DNA from: the human T2T-CHM13v2.0 reference genome, Homo sapiens | Assembly: GCF_009914755.1 (NCBI RefSeq) | Contig: NC_060930.1 | Reading direction: 5' to 3' (one strand) | Length of the DNA: 64,000 bases | Part shown: in pieces, positions 28,997 to 46,661 of the stretch | Layout: each line of letters begins with the position of its first letter | Numbering within the stretch: position 1 is the first letter of the stretch | The notes under the pieces: generated by a model | Told to the model about the DNA's origin: nothing | Databases searched by the model: none | What the model saw: only the letters and a program-made list of their open reading frames with translations | Program-made: the position numbers and the translations under genes

Positions 28997-29047
28997 TTAG
29001 ATACTGATAAGGCGCCAACTGCAGCCTGGAGAACCCCTATGCGCCAT
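28997..29047 (-). other. Candidate upstream ORF MAHRGSPGCSWRLISI* in the HBS1L 5' leader
   Basis: ATG in GCCAAGATGG context, TAA at 28999-28997; depends on the TSS lying upstream of 29047. Confidence 0.55.
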
Positions 29048-29472
29048 CTTGGCTTCCCGCAGGCCTCTGCGCCGAGCGCCTGCGCAAGCGCGACGTCTTA
29101 GCTGTGCACCGCGCGACGGCAATGCCTCAGGGTCACTGTCCGCCTCCCTGAGGGCGCATGCGCACTGCTGTGCATGGCGGGACGAGGGGAGGGAGCGTTT
29201 GGGAGTGGCCCCACCCAAAGGTTGGGCGACGGAGGGGGATGGGGAAATCCGCCGCCTAGAATTGACTGGTTCGGACTAAATGTTGCAAGCGGGGAACCTT
29301 GAGCTACCTACGCCAGCGTTCTGGATTATTTTCCAAATTTGGTTCCTGATAATCTGAGAAAGCTATGCGCTCAGTAAGAGCAGGGACCTTGTTTTATCAA
29401 ACTTTGATCTTTCATTAAGCACACAGTGGGCATTCAACAAACTTGTGTAAACTTGGAATCAGATTTAGCCCA

Positions 29473-29768
29473 GGCCGGTGCGGTGGCTCCTTCCTGTAAT
29501 CCCAGCACTTTGGGAAGCCTAGGAGGGCGGATCGCTTGAACTCAGGTGTTCGAGACCAGCCTGAGCAACATAGCGAGGCTCCGTCTCTACAAAAAATACA
29601 AACACTAGCCGGCCCTGTGGTGCAGACCTGTAGTCCCAGCTACTGAAGAGGCTGAGGTGGGAGGATCCCCTGAGCCCAGGCGGTCGAGGCTGCAGTGAGC
29701 TGAGATCGGGCCTCTCCATTCCAGCCCGGGCGACAAAGTGAGTGAGACCTTATCTCAAAAAAAAAAAG
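29473..29768 (+). mobile_element. Alu (J-like), CpG-retaining, next to the promoter
   Basis: Dimer with J-type gaggctgcagtgagc. Confidence 0.95.
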
Positions 29769-30622
29769 AGTCCAAGCTTTAGAGAAGGAAATAAGGCTAT
29801 TTTTAAACGGGTATATATTATTAAATTGAGACCCTGGCTATATTAGGTCACCCTGCATTCATATAATTTACGACTTCATGTATTCACTCCGTTCGGCATT
29901 ACTATCCCTAGTAAACAGCGATTTGCCCTTAGCTATGTAAACGATTTTAGCTATATAGACGATATTTATCAGCATCATAAAGAAGGATTCACTGAACATT
30001 CATTGAAGACATAATTGTGTGTAACATTGCGAGTATTAAATATAGCTTTTTAGACATAGCACTGGCCTTAGGTGGTAATGCTGAATGTTGTTGATGCATG
30101 AATCTATAACCTGCTATTAAATGTCCTCATTTCTCAGAACATAAAGTTAATAATGCTATATAAGAAACCAACCTCATTATACTGAACACCACTTCAGTTT
30201 TAGCTTGTGTTTTTGAAATGATGATACTTCACATCAAAGGCAAATGTTGAGTTCTAGAGATAATTAAAAGCTTCCTCAGCTTTTTGCTATGCACAATAGA
30301 AAGAAATAAGAGTAATCCAAATTTAGTTTATATTTGTAAGTGGCTTGGAACGTAATTTATTCATGCATTTGAATGTGTTTGACTACAAAAATAGTTGTTT
30401 AATGTGGCTCCAAAATAAAAGTTTACAGAAAAATAGAGATAGTTGCTAATGTTACATGGCTTAAGTGTTTTTATTATTTTACACCCTTAGGTAATTTTTA
30501 TTTTGCAGCCTGTTTCTTTGTAAAAAGGAGATAGAGACACTAACTCGCGAGCTGTGAATAATGTATCCGTATAAGAGGATTTATCACAGATCATAGTAGG
30601 TGCTTAAAAATATTGTGTTATT

Positions 30623-30982
<360 letters not shown>

Positions 30983-31201
30983 TCACTGAGGTATGAAGTG
31001 AATGAGTTATAGACCACATAAGCAAAGTACTACAGGAACAATGAATAAGAAAACGTTACTTCTGTCAGATAATATATAATTTGCCCTTAGGTCGTCAATA
31101 ACGCACTCCTTTAAAACTCTAAATATTGCACAGCATCTACTGCATCTCAAACAGTAGAGCCTCAATGGCAAAGCCTTCACTGACTTCTTCAGAAAAAGTT
31201 A

Positions 31202-31603
<402 letters not shown>

Positions 31604-31984
31604 TCAGTCCCAGTTTTGTTGCTGTTAACCACTTCAGATTTAATGTCTTCATCTGTAAAATCGAATATATGAAAATGTATGTCTTCTGTTTTGTGAAAAG
31701 TAAATGATATATGTAAAAACAGTAGGTGTTGCAGAATGGGTACTCAGTAAATGCCACTTCTCTACCCCTACTAATTTCAAAGCTTTATCTTTGTTTCTCC
31801 GGCACCCTAATGTCTGGCACTTTAAATGTTTGCTGAATGAATTAATGAGTAAAAGAAGAGAAATAAAATGACATTTCTCTTGCTATGGAATTGTTAATGT
31901 CATAAAAAACAATACAAATCATTTTATATTGATTTGTGAAAAAAATTATGAATGAAAGGATAACTACATTACTGAAAAAATGTT

Positions 31985-32700
31985 AACAACTTTATTGAGA
32001 TATCATTGACAATAAACTGCACATAATGTGTAATTTTGATACATTTTGACGTATGTATACACCAGTGAAGCCATCAACCCCATCAAGATAATGAACATAT
32101 CCAGACTTTCAAAATTTTCCTGAAGTACCTTTATATCCAGAATAAAAATTCCAGAATATCCCGGAATCCTTCCTGCCCGTCAAGGCCTCCTCACCATGGC
32201 CCCTCAAAATAACTGATCGTCTTTCTGTCACTATGAGTTGTTTGCATTTTTTAAAATTTTATACAGGTGAAATCATATAGTATGTGTTCTTTTTTATCTG
32301 TCTTAATTCACTCAGCATAATTATTTTGAGATTCACCTGTGTAGTTGCTTGAATCAACAGTTCATTCCTTTTTATTAGAGGAGGATTCCGCTGTGTGGAT
32401 ATACCACAATTTGTTTTTCCATTCACCCATTGAGAGATATTTGGTTTGTTTTCCATTTTGACGACTGTAAATAAGGCTTCTGTGAATATCTGTGTACGAA
32501 TCTTCGTATAAACATAAACTAATTTTTCCTGGGTAAATACCTAGGAGTAGAATGATATGATAGGTTATCTTCAGCTTTTTAAAGAAACTGTCAAACTGTT
32601 TTCCAAAAACAGTTGTAAAGTTTTATGTTTCCACCAGCAATGTAGTTCCATTTTCTCTATTTTCTCAACATCATTGCCAACACTTCATGAGGTCTAAAGA
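31985..32700 (-). mobile_element. L1MB-like 3' end
   Basis: aactttattgagata...ttcactcagcataattattttgagattcacc...gggtaaatacctaggagtagaat...aaactgttttccaaa. Confidence 0.85.
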
Positions 32701-32712
32701 TGTTAAGCTTAC

Positions 32713-33015
<303 letters not shown>

Positions 33016-33016
33016 G

Positions 33017-33240
33017 TCAAAATGATAGTTACTTTTGAAGTAGATATTAATGGAGTCAGGAAAGAGAGAATTAAAGGGAGCTTTCAGAGGTGCTGGAGAT
33101 GTTCTATATATTGATCTGGGTTAGGATTATAAGGTTTTATACATGTATACAATTTTATTTTACTGTACATTTAAAATTTATGCACCTTTCAGTAATAAGT
33201 TATACCTCAATTTAAAAACCAAATTAAAAAATGCAAAAAT
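33017..33240 (+). mobile_element. L1M 3'-terminal fragment
   Basis: ggtgctggagatgttctatatattgatctggg...gttatacctcaat. Confidence 0.7.
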
Positions 33241-33247
33241 TTATTAA

Positions 33248-33508
<261 letters not shown>

Positions 33509-33735
33509 TAGAATTTACTTAACAATATATCAGTATTTCTCAGAGTATAGTCTGTTCTTCATCCTGTATTTGAAACTAAACAATTACTCATCCATTTACA
33601 CTTAAAATTTTCTGTTGTTCCTGAAATAACACTGTCCTTGTTAGCTACTTAAATACTCATATGAGGTTTGGTAAATAAATTATAGTGACGCTTCTACTCC
33701 ATAACTATTAAAAAGAAATGAAGGAATTGATCTTA

Positions 33736-34050
<315 letters not shown>

Positions 34051-34465
34051 TTATAATTGTGACATTAGACATGGTATATAAGAAAAGTTCTAGAATTTTC
34101 TAGTTAAGTGTCTAGGAAAGTAGGGCCTATGCTACAAACTAGAAAATGTCATGGGTGTGTGGGAAGATCCTTTGGGGTCCTTTGCAGTTTTGCAATTGTT
34201 TTGAGGACTTGTGAATTATACTTGTTATTATATGTTAATAATGTAAATCTGCTCATCTTGATTATTGTCACCAAATATCTGTAAAATTTATAAACAGATG
34301 TATTTATTTTCCTGTTGATATGCCGAATTACTTCTATAACCCTCTGTCTCAACGAATGATATTCTTACCTTCCTATTTGCAATTCCCCCTGACTACTTTC
34401 CTCACATATTGTTCTCTCTTTCTCTCTCTCTCTCCCCCACTCCCTGCCCCTTTGTTTCTTGACAG

Positions 34466-34805
34466 AAATCCAGCTAAGTAAAAATTGGCAAGATCCTGTG
34501 ACAAGATCCTGTGACAAGATCCTGTGATCAAGACAAAGTTTTGCCCCCAAAGGACTTGAGGCTATCTGGGAATTCCATGTTTGACAGAAGCGCTGACAGC
34601 ATAACCAAGCAAACAAGAAGGTATTCAGGGACGCTGAAACGGATCTTCAAAGAAGACTCAGTGGGTGATTTTTAATTTCTGTGTAGTATTATAGAGCTTA
34701 ATGCAGAACATACCAAAACCTTGGAGAGGTAATGATAGGGTCATGCATTTCATAAGGCAGAGTAATGCCCTGCAACAACAAAATAAAGTCAAAGAGTTCT
34801 ACACT
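34466..34805 (+). ncRNA. Candidate terminal exon of a divergent lncRNA from the HBS1L promoter
   Basis: ~50-nt polypyrimidine tract ending tttgtttcttgacag|A at 34465/34466, AATAAA at 34782-34787, no credible ORF; candidate first-exon donor TCA|GTAAGA at 29373/29374. Confidence 0.5.
34489..34527. repeat. 13-bp tandem triplication CAAGATCCTGTGA x3
   Basis: Three exact copies. Confidence 0.95.
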
Positions 34806-36358
34806 GAGCCATGAACCACTAAATGGGGAATACCAACAAAATAACACCACCTGGGTGAAATCTGCTTCCTGCGTAGATAGGTTCTTTCAACCACCAACCC
34901 TAGGCTTTCCAGCTGTCAAGCACTTAATCATGAAATATAATAATAAAGATGTTTCAGGAGTTCCTTATGATACTTATTCAAAAGTTCATATTGTTCTAAA
35001 CTCTCTAATAATAATCAGTTCTCCAGGTTAAACATCTTTCAATGGAAGCACATTATTTACAAACTCAGTCCAAACCCTTAGAAGGACATAGGAGTTCCAC
35101 TATGATGTCAATGCTGCCTGGTTTGCCACCTCACCTGCCACCTCTCTACCACCAGACGTGGGGCACTCTACATCAGCTCCTACTTTTATGGTTCCAAGTC
35201 CAGCCATGGTCTTCCTGACTCGGGACATTCACACATACTAATTCTTCTGCTTAGAATGCCCATCTGTCCCCATTCCCTCTTTATTGCTCAGCAAAGCCCA
35301 GTTTCCATCACACATTCTGCGACACCTTCCTTGACTCTGCAGAATAAGTGTCCCTCCTGTGTGCCTTAAAGCACAGTATTTGTTTCTGCTACAACACACA
35401 TTAATAATATTCTAATTGTCTATGTTTTCTTCTACCCCTCTCCACTTCCCCAGTTAGATGTAAATTCCTTAAAGGCAGGGACACTCTAGTTTATTTTATA
35501 TCTCTTGCATCCAGTGTAGTGGCTGGTACAAAACTAGAATAAATAAAATAAATGTTATTGAATTATTGTTGAATAAAGTTATAACATGAAAAATAAATAT
35601 ATTTGTAAGAAGTTCATTACTTTGGAGACCAATATCAGTAATATTCTGGAGAAGGACACCATCTGCAAGGAATGAGAGAGTGCAAGAGAGTGCGTAATAT
35701 GGCAGTGAGAGCTATAAGTAGAAATTTCTAGATTTAAAGGTATCTTTTGTATATACCCCCCAAAAATGAAAACTTATGTCCACATACAGACTTGTACATG
35801 AATGTTCATAACAGCATATTCATAGGAGTCAAAAGTAGAAACAACTGAAATGTCCATTAACAGATGAATGGAAAAATAAAATGTGGGCTATTCACAGAGT
35901 ACACTATTATACAACAATAAAAAGAAGTGAAGTACTGATAATAAGCTTCAACATGGATGAACCGGAAAACATTACATGAAGTGAAAGAAGCCCCTCTTCT
36001 GAGTTGGGTGGGAATACTTCAGTGAAAAATGAGATACTTATTTTCTGGATTCATCCTGGTCTGAATCCAGGCTTGCCAAATATACCTTGTTATTGTATGC
36101 ACAACCAAAAGAAATACACATTTCATGATTCTATTTACTTGAAATTTCCAGCACAGGCAAGTCTATAGAGTCAGAAAGTAGGTTAGTAGTTGCTTAGGGA
36201 TGGGGAGGTTGGGGGAAATGAGGAGTGACTGCTAATGGACAGGGGCGTTTCCTTATGGGGTGATGGAAATGGTCTAAGATTGGGGGTGTTGACGGTTGTG
36301 CAACTCGGTAAATATACAAAAAAAAACACTTAAAAAACTGTACACTTTAAATGGGTAA

Positions 36359-36554
36359 TTTTTTTTAAGACAGGGTTTCATTCTGTCACCCACTCTGTCA
36401 TGCCACCATGCCCAGCTAATTTTTTTTTTATTTTTGTAGTAATGGGGTTTTGCCATGTTGCCCAGGCTGGTCTCAAACTCCTGAGCTCAAGCAATCCACC
36501 TGCCTCAGCCTCCCAAAGTGCTGGGATTACCGGCATGAGCCTCCGTGCCCAGCC
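36359..36554 (-). mobile_element. Alu (J-like, internally deleted)
   Basis: TSD TAAATGGGTAA at 36348-36358 and 36555-36565. Confidence 0.92.
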
Positions 36555-36569
36555 TAAATGGGTAAATTC

Positions 36570-37836
<1,267 letters not shown>

Positions 37837-38018
37837 GGTATTCAGTCAATTTGAAAGCAGAGAGCCACCTGAGAAACATGGGTGCAATGAGAAGCTTCTG
37901 TAACTTCTGTAACTTGGAGGCAGAGAAGGAGAAAGGTCTGGCACAATGGCAATTTCTGTAATGATTATAAGCCACTTGGGCAAAAAGCTCTGTTCTGCAA
38001 TTTACCAAATGTGTAATC

Positions 38019-38893
38019 TTTTTTTTTTGAGACAAGGTCTTGCTCTGATGCCCAGGCTGGAGTACAGTGGCACAGTCTCGGCTCACTGCGGCCTCAATCT
38101 CCCAGGCTCAAGTGCTCCTCTTTCCTCAACCTCTCAGCGTAGCTGGTATAAACCAAAAATTTCTAAGGCCCCTCAGTCATCTGAATGGACCCTTTCTCTT
38201 GGCCAACGGCATTACAGAGTTAACATGAAAATCTAATTCTGGCCGTGATGGAAGAGGGTGTTGGATATGCCTCATTATACCCCTCCAGCATTAACTTCAA
38301 CACAGACCTTAAGTGTGACAAGAAACATTTATAGTCTGCCCTCTTTGAAGCCTGCTCCTGGGAGGCTTCATCTGCATGATAAAATCTTGGTCTCCACAAT
38401 CCCTTATTGTGAGCCAGACATTCCTTACTACTGATAATAACTTTTTCAACCAATTGCTAATTAGAAAATTTTTTAATCTACCTATGACCTGAAGACCCCC
38501 AACTTGACATTGTCCCGCCCTTCCAGATAGAAGCAATGTAAATCTTACATGTATTAATTGATGTGTTATGTCTCCCTAAAATGTATAAAAGCAAGCTGTA
38601 CCCGAACACCTTGGGCATGTGTCTTCAGTACCTCCTGAGGCTGTGTTATGAGTGCATTCTTAACCTTGGCAAAATAAGCTTTCTAAATTGAGACCTGTCT
38701 CAGATACTTTTGGGTTCACGCTGGGGCTGCAGGCTCGCTCCATCACACCCTGCTAATTTTCTTTATGTTTAGTAGAGACGAGGTCTTGCTATCTTGCCCA
38801 GGCTGGCCTCATACTCCTGGGCTCAAGGGATCCTCCTGCCTAGCCTCTTGAAGTGCTGGGATTACAGGCATGAGCCACTGCATAAACTTGGGC
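38019..38893 (-). mobile_element. Alu (J-like) split by an LTR (parts 38019-38146 and 38721-38893)
   Basis: Alu sequence resumes at gtagctgg|ggctgcagg across the insert. Confidence 0.92.
38147..38720 (+). mobile_element. ERV1 solo LTR (MER4A-like)
   Basis: tataaaccaaaaat...ctgaatggac...ctccctaaaatgtataaaa...cagatacttttgggttcac; 4-bp TSD CTGG. Confidence 0.88.
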
Positions 38894-39486
38894 CAAATGC
38901 TTCTCATCTCAGGGCCTTAGTTGTCACACTGTAAGATAGAGGATAAAAATTGAACTACTCTAAACAGTTGTGAAGATTTGAATGGCTTAATTCATTAAAG
39001 CATCTAGAGCAGCTCTAGGCACATAGAAAGTACTCCAACAATGCTTGTATTCTTCTTTGGCCCCACTGACTTCCACTGCACAGGACAGATTTCATTTGGG
39101 TCTTGAAAATTATGAGATGAGGTTGGTCTGGTTTGGTTGCCTGGGTGCTGACATCACTACTGTTGCCCTTGAACTTTATCACTGCATCCGGTGATGAGGC
39201 CCTCAGGAGGCCTCCCTGTCTTTATGTCACACCTATTGGGCCAACAAAACATTTAGCATTTTCTTGCCCCTTGGTAGGGCTCATGATTGTCAAGTGTTTT
39301 CTCAGCTCTATGCTGCGGCATGCAACACTCAGTGAGACTGCCCTCGGTCACTCCTTTCAGTCCCTAGCCAGGTAATATCACTACCCTCCTGCCCAACTCT
39401 CAACACTGCACCATGCCAAGTAGGAGGCTTTTTTGAGGGACTTTCAGCCTTTCCAGGTTATGTTCTCAAGAAATTAGCACAGCTTG

Positions 39487-39799
<313 letters not shown>

Positions 39800-41051
39800 A
39801 TTAGCATAGCTCCCAATATTGCTGGATATATCCAGTACATCTGGAAATCTTTAATACAACAGCTTCCATACAGGTTGAAGAGAACTGTCCATTTTGAGTA
39901 CAGTACTTTAAGAAAGAAAGTTGGGTGGGAATATTTCAAAGATGAAATACTTATTTTCTAGATTCATCCTAGTCTGAATCCAGACTTGCCAATATACCAT
40001 CTTAGTGTATGCACAATTTCTTCTAGGATTTATAGACTGTCTACCTCTGGGTATCATCTTAGCGCTCCAAGTGTATGTATAATGTAGGGACACATACAGC
40101 TTTTCAGCCATGGGAAAGAGGTGTGTCTGCAGTATAAAATGCTGCAAGGCACCAACGGAATGTTAATGACAAATCAAAGGACAGAGCATCTTTAAATCCT
40201 AGGGGAAAATTCAAAGCAAAGAAAATTTGCAAATCAAATTTAAACCAGAAAAAAAGCATACACATAAAAGGTAGGGTTTTAAAAGGTAAAAGCGGCTCTC
40301 ATTAAAAGTCATTTAAAACACTGAACTGTTTGAGGAATTTCCCTTCCTTGCCCTGTCATGCTCTGTTTTCTTTGAAAAGGCAGAAAATGGGCTATAGTGT
40401 CAATGTGTTGTTTAGAAACCTATATCTAGAAAAACTCTAAGAAAGGAGTAAAATAATTTAAATCAAAACCCTTTCAGCCACTAGATATTGTTCTTACTAG
40501 ATTTTCTTCAGAAAGACAAGTTGGAAAATGGGAACGGCCAAAGGGAAGCACTTGTTTTCCTTCTCACCTCAATATGTGTATAGGGTTGAGCCATTGCTCA
40601 TCTTGAAAAACTTGGATATGGGACAGTCACACAACAGTGTTGCCTGTATATTGGGCCATAGACTTTGCAAACTATCCCGTAAAATTTATTAGAAGCTCTG
40701 AAAAACTTTCACACTTAGAAGAGGCCACTTGATACTAATTGCCTGTGTAATTTTACCAGGGGTCATTTAGAAGGCTTTGGTTTCTAATTTCTGTTTCTCT
40801 CAGGAAATGGTTCAATATGATTAGTCATTTTCTTCATATTTGTTCATATTTCCTTATTTCCTGACTTGTGATGGTTTTATTAGGCAAGAGTTGCTTTTGA
40901 CTCTGGTTGAGATACACATAATCACACTGATATAACTAGAAGTTTTTAAAGCCATGTTTGCATTTAGATAAACAGAATAGATATTAATCCTTTTCAAGTA
41001 GAACACTGGGCAAAAATTAGTCCTTTATGTTTCCCGTTATGACTGTGGTAT

Positions 41052-42004
41052 TGTGGTAGATTATATTTTCCTAAGATGTCCACACCAGTACATTCTATCC
41101 AACATGATCTTCTTTCCATGTAATACTGACTGATATGGTTTGGCTACGTGTCCCCACCCAAATCTCATGTTGAATTGTAATCCCCAATGTTGGGGGAGGG
41201 GCCTGGTGGGAGGTGATTAGATCATAGGGTCGGATTTCCCCCTTGCTGTTCTCATGATAGTGAGTGAGTTCTCATGAGATCTGGTTGTCTGAAAGTGTGT
41301 AGCACTTCCCTCTTTGCTTTCTCTCTCCCGCAGCCATCTGAAGGTGTGTTTGCTTCCCCTTCATCTTTCCACCATGATTGTAAATTTCCTGAGGCCTCCC
41401 AGCCATGCTCCCTGTACAGTCTGTGAAACTGTGAGTCAATTAAACCTCTTTTCTTCATAAATTACCCAATCTCAGGCAATTCTTTATAGCAGTGTGAGAA
41501 CAGGCTAATACACCGACTCTTCTCCACCAAGAGATTGGGAGACTCTGCCTTTGAGACATACTTTTCCATTGAGAGATCTTTCCTCCCCATAAAACTGGGC
41601 GGACCTATGACTGCATTGGAAGCCACATTACGTACCTGCTAAAGCTGGCCATAAAAGGTGATACGGCTTTCACTTGGTCCTCTTTGGATGCTCACCCTCA
41701 GAACCCAGTCGCCATAATACGAGGAAGGCAAACAGCAATTTGGAAAGGCCATATGTAGGTGCCCAGTAGTGCCTTTGCTGAGATTCCAGATGACAACCGG
41801 CCTTCATGACCAGACATGTATGTGAATGAGGCTTCAGATTATCCCAGTGTCCAGCCTTCCAGATACCCCAGCAGATGCTGAGTGGAATAGAGATCATCTG
41901 TCCTCACTGATTCTACCCAAGTTGCAGAATTGTGAACAAATATAAATGTTTATTTTAAGCCACTAAGTTTTGGGGTTGTTGTTTAGCAATAGATAACCAG
42001 AATA
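41052..42004 (+). mobile_element. MLT1 (E/F-like) MaLR LTR interrupted by an MST LTR
   Basis: tgtggtagatt start; gccactaagttttt...gcaatagataaccagaata end. Confidence 0.75.
41131..41512 (+). mobile_element. MSTA-like MaLR solo LTR
   Basis: TGATATGGTTTGG...CTAATACA termini; 5-bp TSD CTGAC/CCGAC. Confidence 0.92.
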
Positions 42005-42554
42005 ATTATCAACCCAAAAAACATCTCACAGAGACAGTAGTAAATACCGCCATGTTACATGTCTATAGACTCTCATAATTCACAAAAATGCTAATGATAG
42101 TTATATAAAGTTAATTATAAGTACTATTGATTCGGATTATTTATATGACAAAGAATACAAGTTTAGAGAGTCTGCTTTAAGTGAGATTTTCTTTGGTCAC
42201 TAGTCACAATTCTGAAAACTGCCTCCTACGTATACCATAAATAATCATAAAAGATCTTTTTATTCTACCCCATTGAAATGTTACACTAAAACGAATCAAG
42301 AAAGCTAGTGTAACAAGGACTTGATTTTCTGTGTGGAAAATTTATGTTATGAAATTCTGTAGTCTCCATTCTTTCACTTGTTACCCAACATATTAATTGC
42401 CTGAGAAGTTTTAAGGAACAAATACTTTATTCAAAGGTTGATGCCCTTCAAAAAAATGACAGCTGAACAAGGAAACTTTTGATAAAATATCATCTTCCCA
42501 AGTAATATTAATGTAGGTCATTTATTATTATTATTTTTAATTACTACAGTGTTG

Positions 42555-43139
<585 letters not shown>

Positions 43140-44230
43140 TTACTACAGGGATATTAAATTTCACTTGCACTGATAATTGATTCAGATGTGTCCCAAGGAC
43201 AGTTTATTCCTTAAGTCATGCTTTTATTAGTGAATGAAAAAGAGGACAGGAAATTAAGCAGCATGCAATGAAGTACACTGTCATGTTATTAGGATACTCC
43301 TAATCCATTAAACACAGAAAATTCTCTACAAAGATATTTTTAAACCTTCAGTAAAATGCTTAAGAATTAATTATTCCATTCCAAGAGTTTTAGGCCAGAC
43401 AAAAGCTGAGATAATTTTGTTCCTATACTCAGACATACTAGTGTACATAAATCTGTCTTAATATATAGGTCATTATTGCTTTCTCCACTAGTCATAGCCT
43501 ATTGACAGACAATGAAAAAGAAGAAAAAACAATAAACAGCTTTAGAGGAAAAATATACTAGAAATTTTTTTAAAATCACAATTTGTTTAACGAGACCAAT
43601 AAGAAGAGCCAAACATAGACTGGCCTTTATATTGGCCCCTCTTTCTTCTTCTCAGCCCTGGACCTAGGAGTATTGGCTTGATGAATTCTGAACTCCTTGT
43701 ATAGAGCTGTTGCCTTGTGATTTACTCATTCTACTTAGGGAAAAGAACCTTTCAGGGGCACACTGATGTTTAGGGAGGAAGTGTCCCACAAGGAGAGAGA
43801 TTTTTAAATTCTTTATGTGCCTTAATATAGGCACTCTAGAATAAGGGGTAAATCAGGAATTCGGAAATAACCTGTATCATGGTAAGCCTATTAGTAGGAC
43901 TGATTTCTGGTATCCTTCATGTCATGGCAAATTTCCAGTATTTAGCATGTCTCTCAAAGAACCTAAGAAGAGTACTTCATTTACCAATAGAAGCAGTGGC
44001 TGCAGAAAACTTTGTCATGAAGAAATGCATGGGAAGGCTCCTTTGTTTTGCCTCCTATCAAAAAGCAACTTGGTGCAAGGCAAAGAATATCTATCTATAA
44101 TTTAGGAACGCTTCAGGTTAGCAATCAACTAACTGTGTCAAGGCAACTCACTTTGCCAGCCTCTGTTTGTTTGTTTGTTTGCTTTTAAACAGGTTTTACC
44201 ACAGGACCTCTAAGTTTCTTTCCGGTTTAA

Positions 44231-44525
<295 letters not shown>

Positions 44526-44635
44526 TCCAGTTTAAAATGTAAATGATACTTGAATCACAGCATTTATAGCGTCTATCATTTTTGAATGTAAAAGCAGAAA
44601 ACACACTAAGTCTTGGTGTGTGCTTAGGTTCTTAG

Positions 44636-44985
<350 letters not shown>

Positions 44986-45320
44986 CTCTAGCTTTAATTC
45001 TTAAAGATACATAATCCTTCCAAGGCCGACAAAATGCTTGCATCACCTCTTTATAAGGAAATTTTTATAGATTGCAGCAAATAATAAACTATATCATACA
45101 TTCTGATTTCCACGTGTAAAAAGGTGTTTGAAACATTTATCTTCATATTTATTTTAATAATTATTTTAGAATTGAAAATGTTGCCCATTTTTCTCTGTCT
45201 TTTACTATATATTATACAAATGAAATGTAAAGGACAACACAGTATCCGTTTCAAAGTTGTTTATAAGCAATATGTTCAAATTTGGACATTAGATAAAATG
45301 CAACAGTTATTTTAAATAAC

Positions 45321-45642
45321 TATCTTAGTCCACTTTCTGTTGCTATAACAGAATACCATAGACTGGGCAATTTATAAACAAAATAAGTTTATTTAGCTCA
45401 TGGTTCTAGAGACTAGGAAGTCCAAGAGCATAGCACCAGCATTTGGCGAGGGCCCTCTTGCTGCATCATAACATGACAGAGGACATCGCTTGGTAAGAGG
45501 GCAAGAGCAAGAGAGCCAGAGAGCTCACTTGTATAAGAAACCCACTCCCATGATAGTGACATTAATTCATTAATCCATTCATGAAGAGAGAAATTAGATT
45601 TCCAACACATGAACTTTTGGGGGATACATTCAAACCATAGCC
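45321..45642 (-). mobile_element. MaLR LTR (MST/MLT1A-like)
   Basis: tcttagtcc...gctataacagaataccatagactggg...acattcaaaccatagc. Confidence 0.85.
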
Positions 45643-45701
45643 ATAGCCAAATAAATGTTAAAGGTGAAATAAATGTGTACTGGAAAATGGATGAAAGGAA
45701 A

Positions 45702-46050
45702 TGTTATAGATTGAGTTTGTCACCCAAAAATTCATGTTAAAATCCTAATCCCCAGTGTGATGGCATTAGAAAGTGGAGCCTTTGGAAAGTAATTAATTCA
45801 TTTGTTTGGAGCCCTCATAAATGGGATTAATATCATTACCAAAGAGATCCCAGACAGCTCTCTGGCCCTCTTTCTGACATATGAAGACACAGAGAGATGA
45901 ACTAGGAAGTGAGCCCTCATGAGACACCAAATCTGCTGGCATCATGATATTGTTCTCCTTCAGCCTTCACAACTATGAGAAATAAATGCCTGTTGTTTAG
46001 GTCATCCAGTCTGTGGTATTTTTGTTTTAGCAACCCAAGTGGACTAAGAT
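45702..46050 (+). mobile_element. MaLR LTR (MST/MLT1A-like)
   Basis: tgttatagattga...aaattcatgttaaaatcctaatcccc...gagaaataaat...ggactaagat. Confidence 0.85.
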
Positions 46051-46275
46051 GGAGAACCATGAGAATCAGATGGTTACACACAGTGGCATGAAGACTGACA
46101 GTTAAGGACCAAGATGATGTAAGATGATGAATACCATGTTATAGAAAAAAACATTGAATATCTTGGAGCTAATTATATTAGAGAGTAGAAGGCTAAAGGA
46201 TGACGTGACTGCTATCATCAAATAGCAGTCTAAGCCATCACGTAGCAATTCTAAGAACTATTCTATAGATTTTAG

Positions 46276-46661
<386 letters not shown>

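Larger units (their letters stand above)
28830..29320. promoter_or_regulatory. HBS1L CpG-island promoter, TATA-less, probably bidirectional
   Basis: Only CpG-rich non-Alu segment in the window. NRF1 GCGCATGCGCA 29154-29164, GCGCCTGCGCA 29076-29086 and TGCGCAAGCGC 29081-29091; YY1 CAAGATGGCGC (minus, 29051-29041); E2F-like TTCCCGC 29054-29060. Confidence 0.92.

Noticed and set aside
34489-34527. Short direct repeats as a CRISPR-like array
   Set aside because: No spacers, three copies only, eukaryotic context
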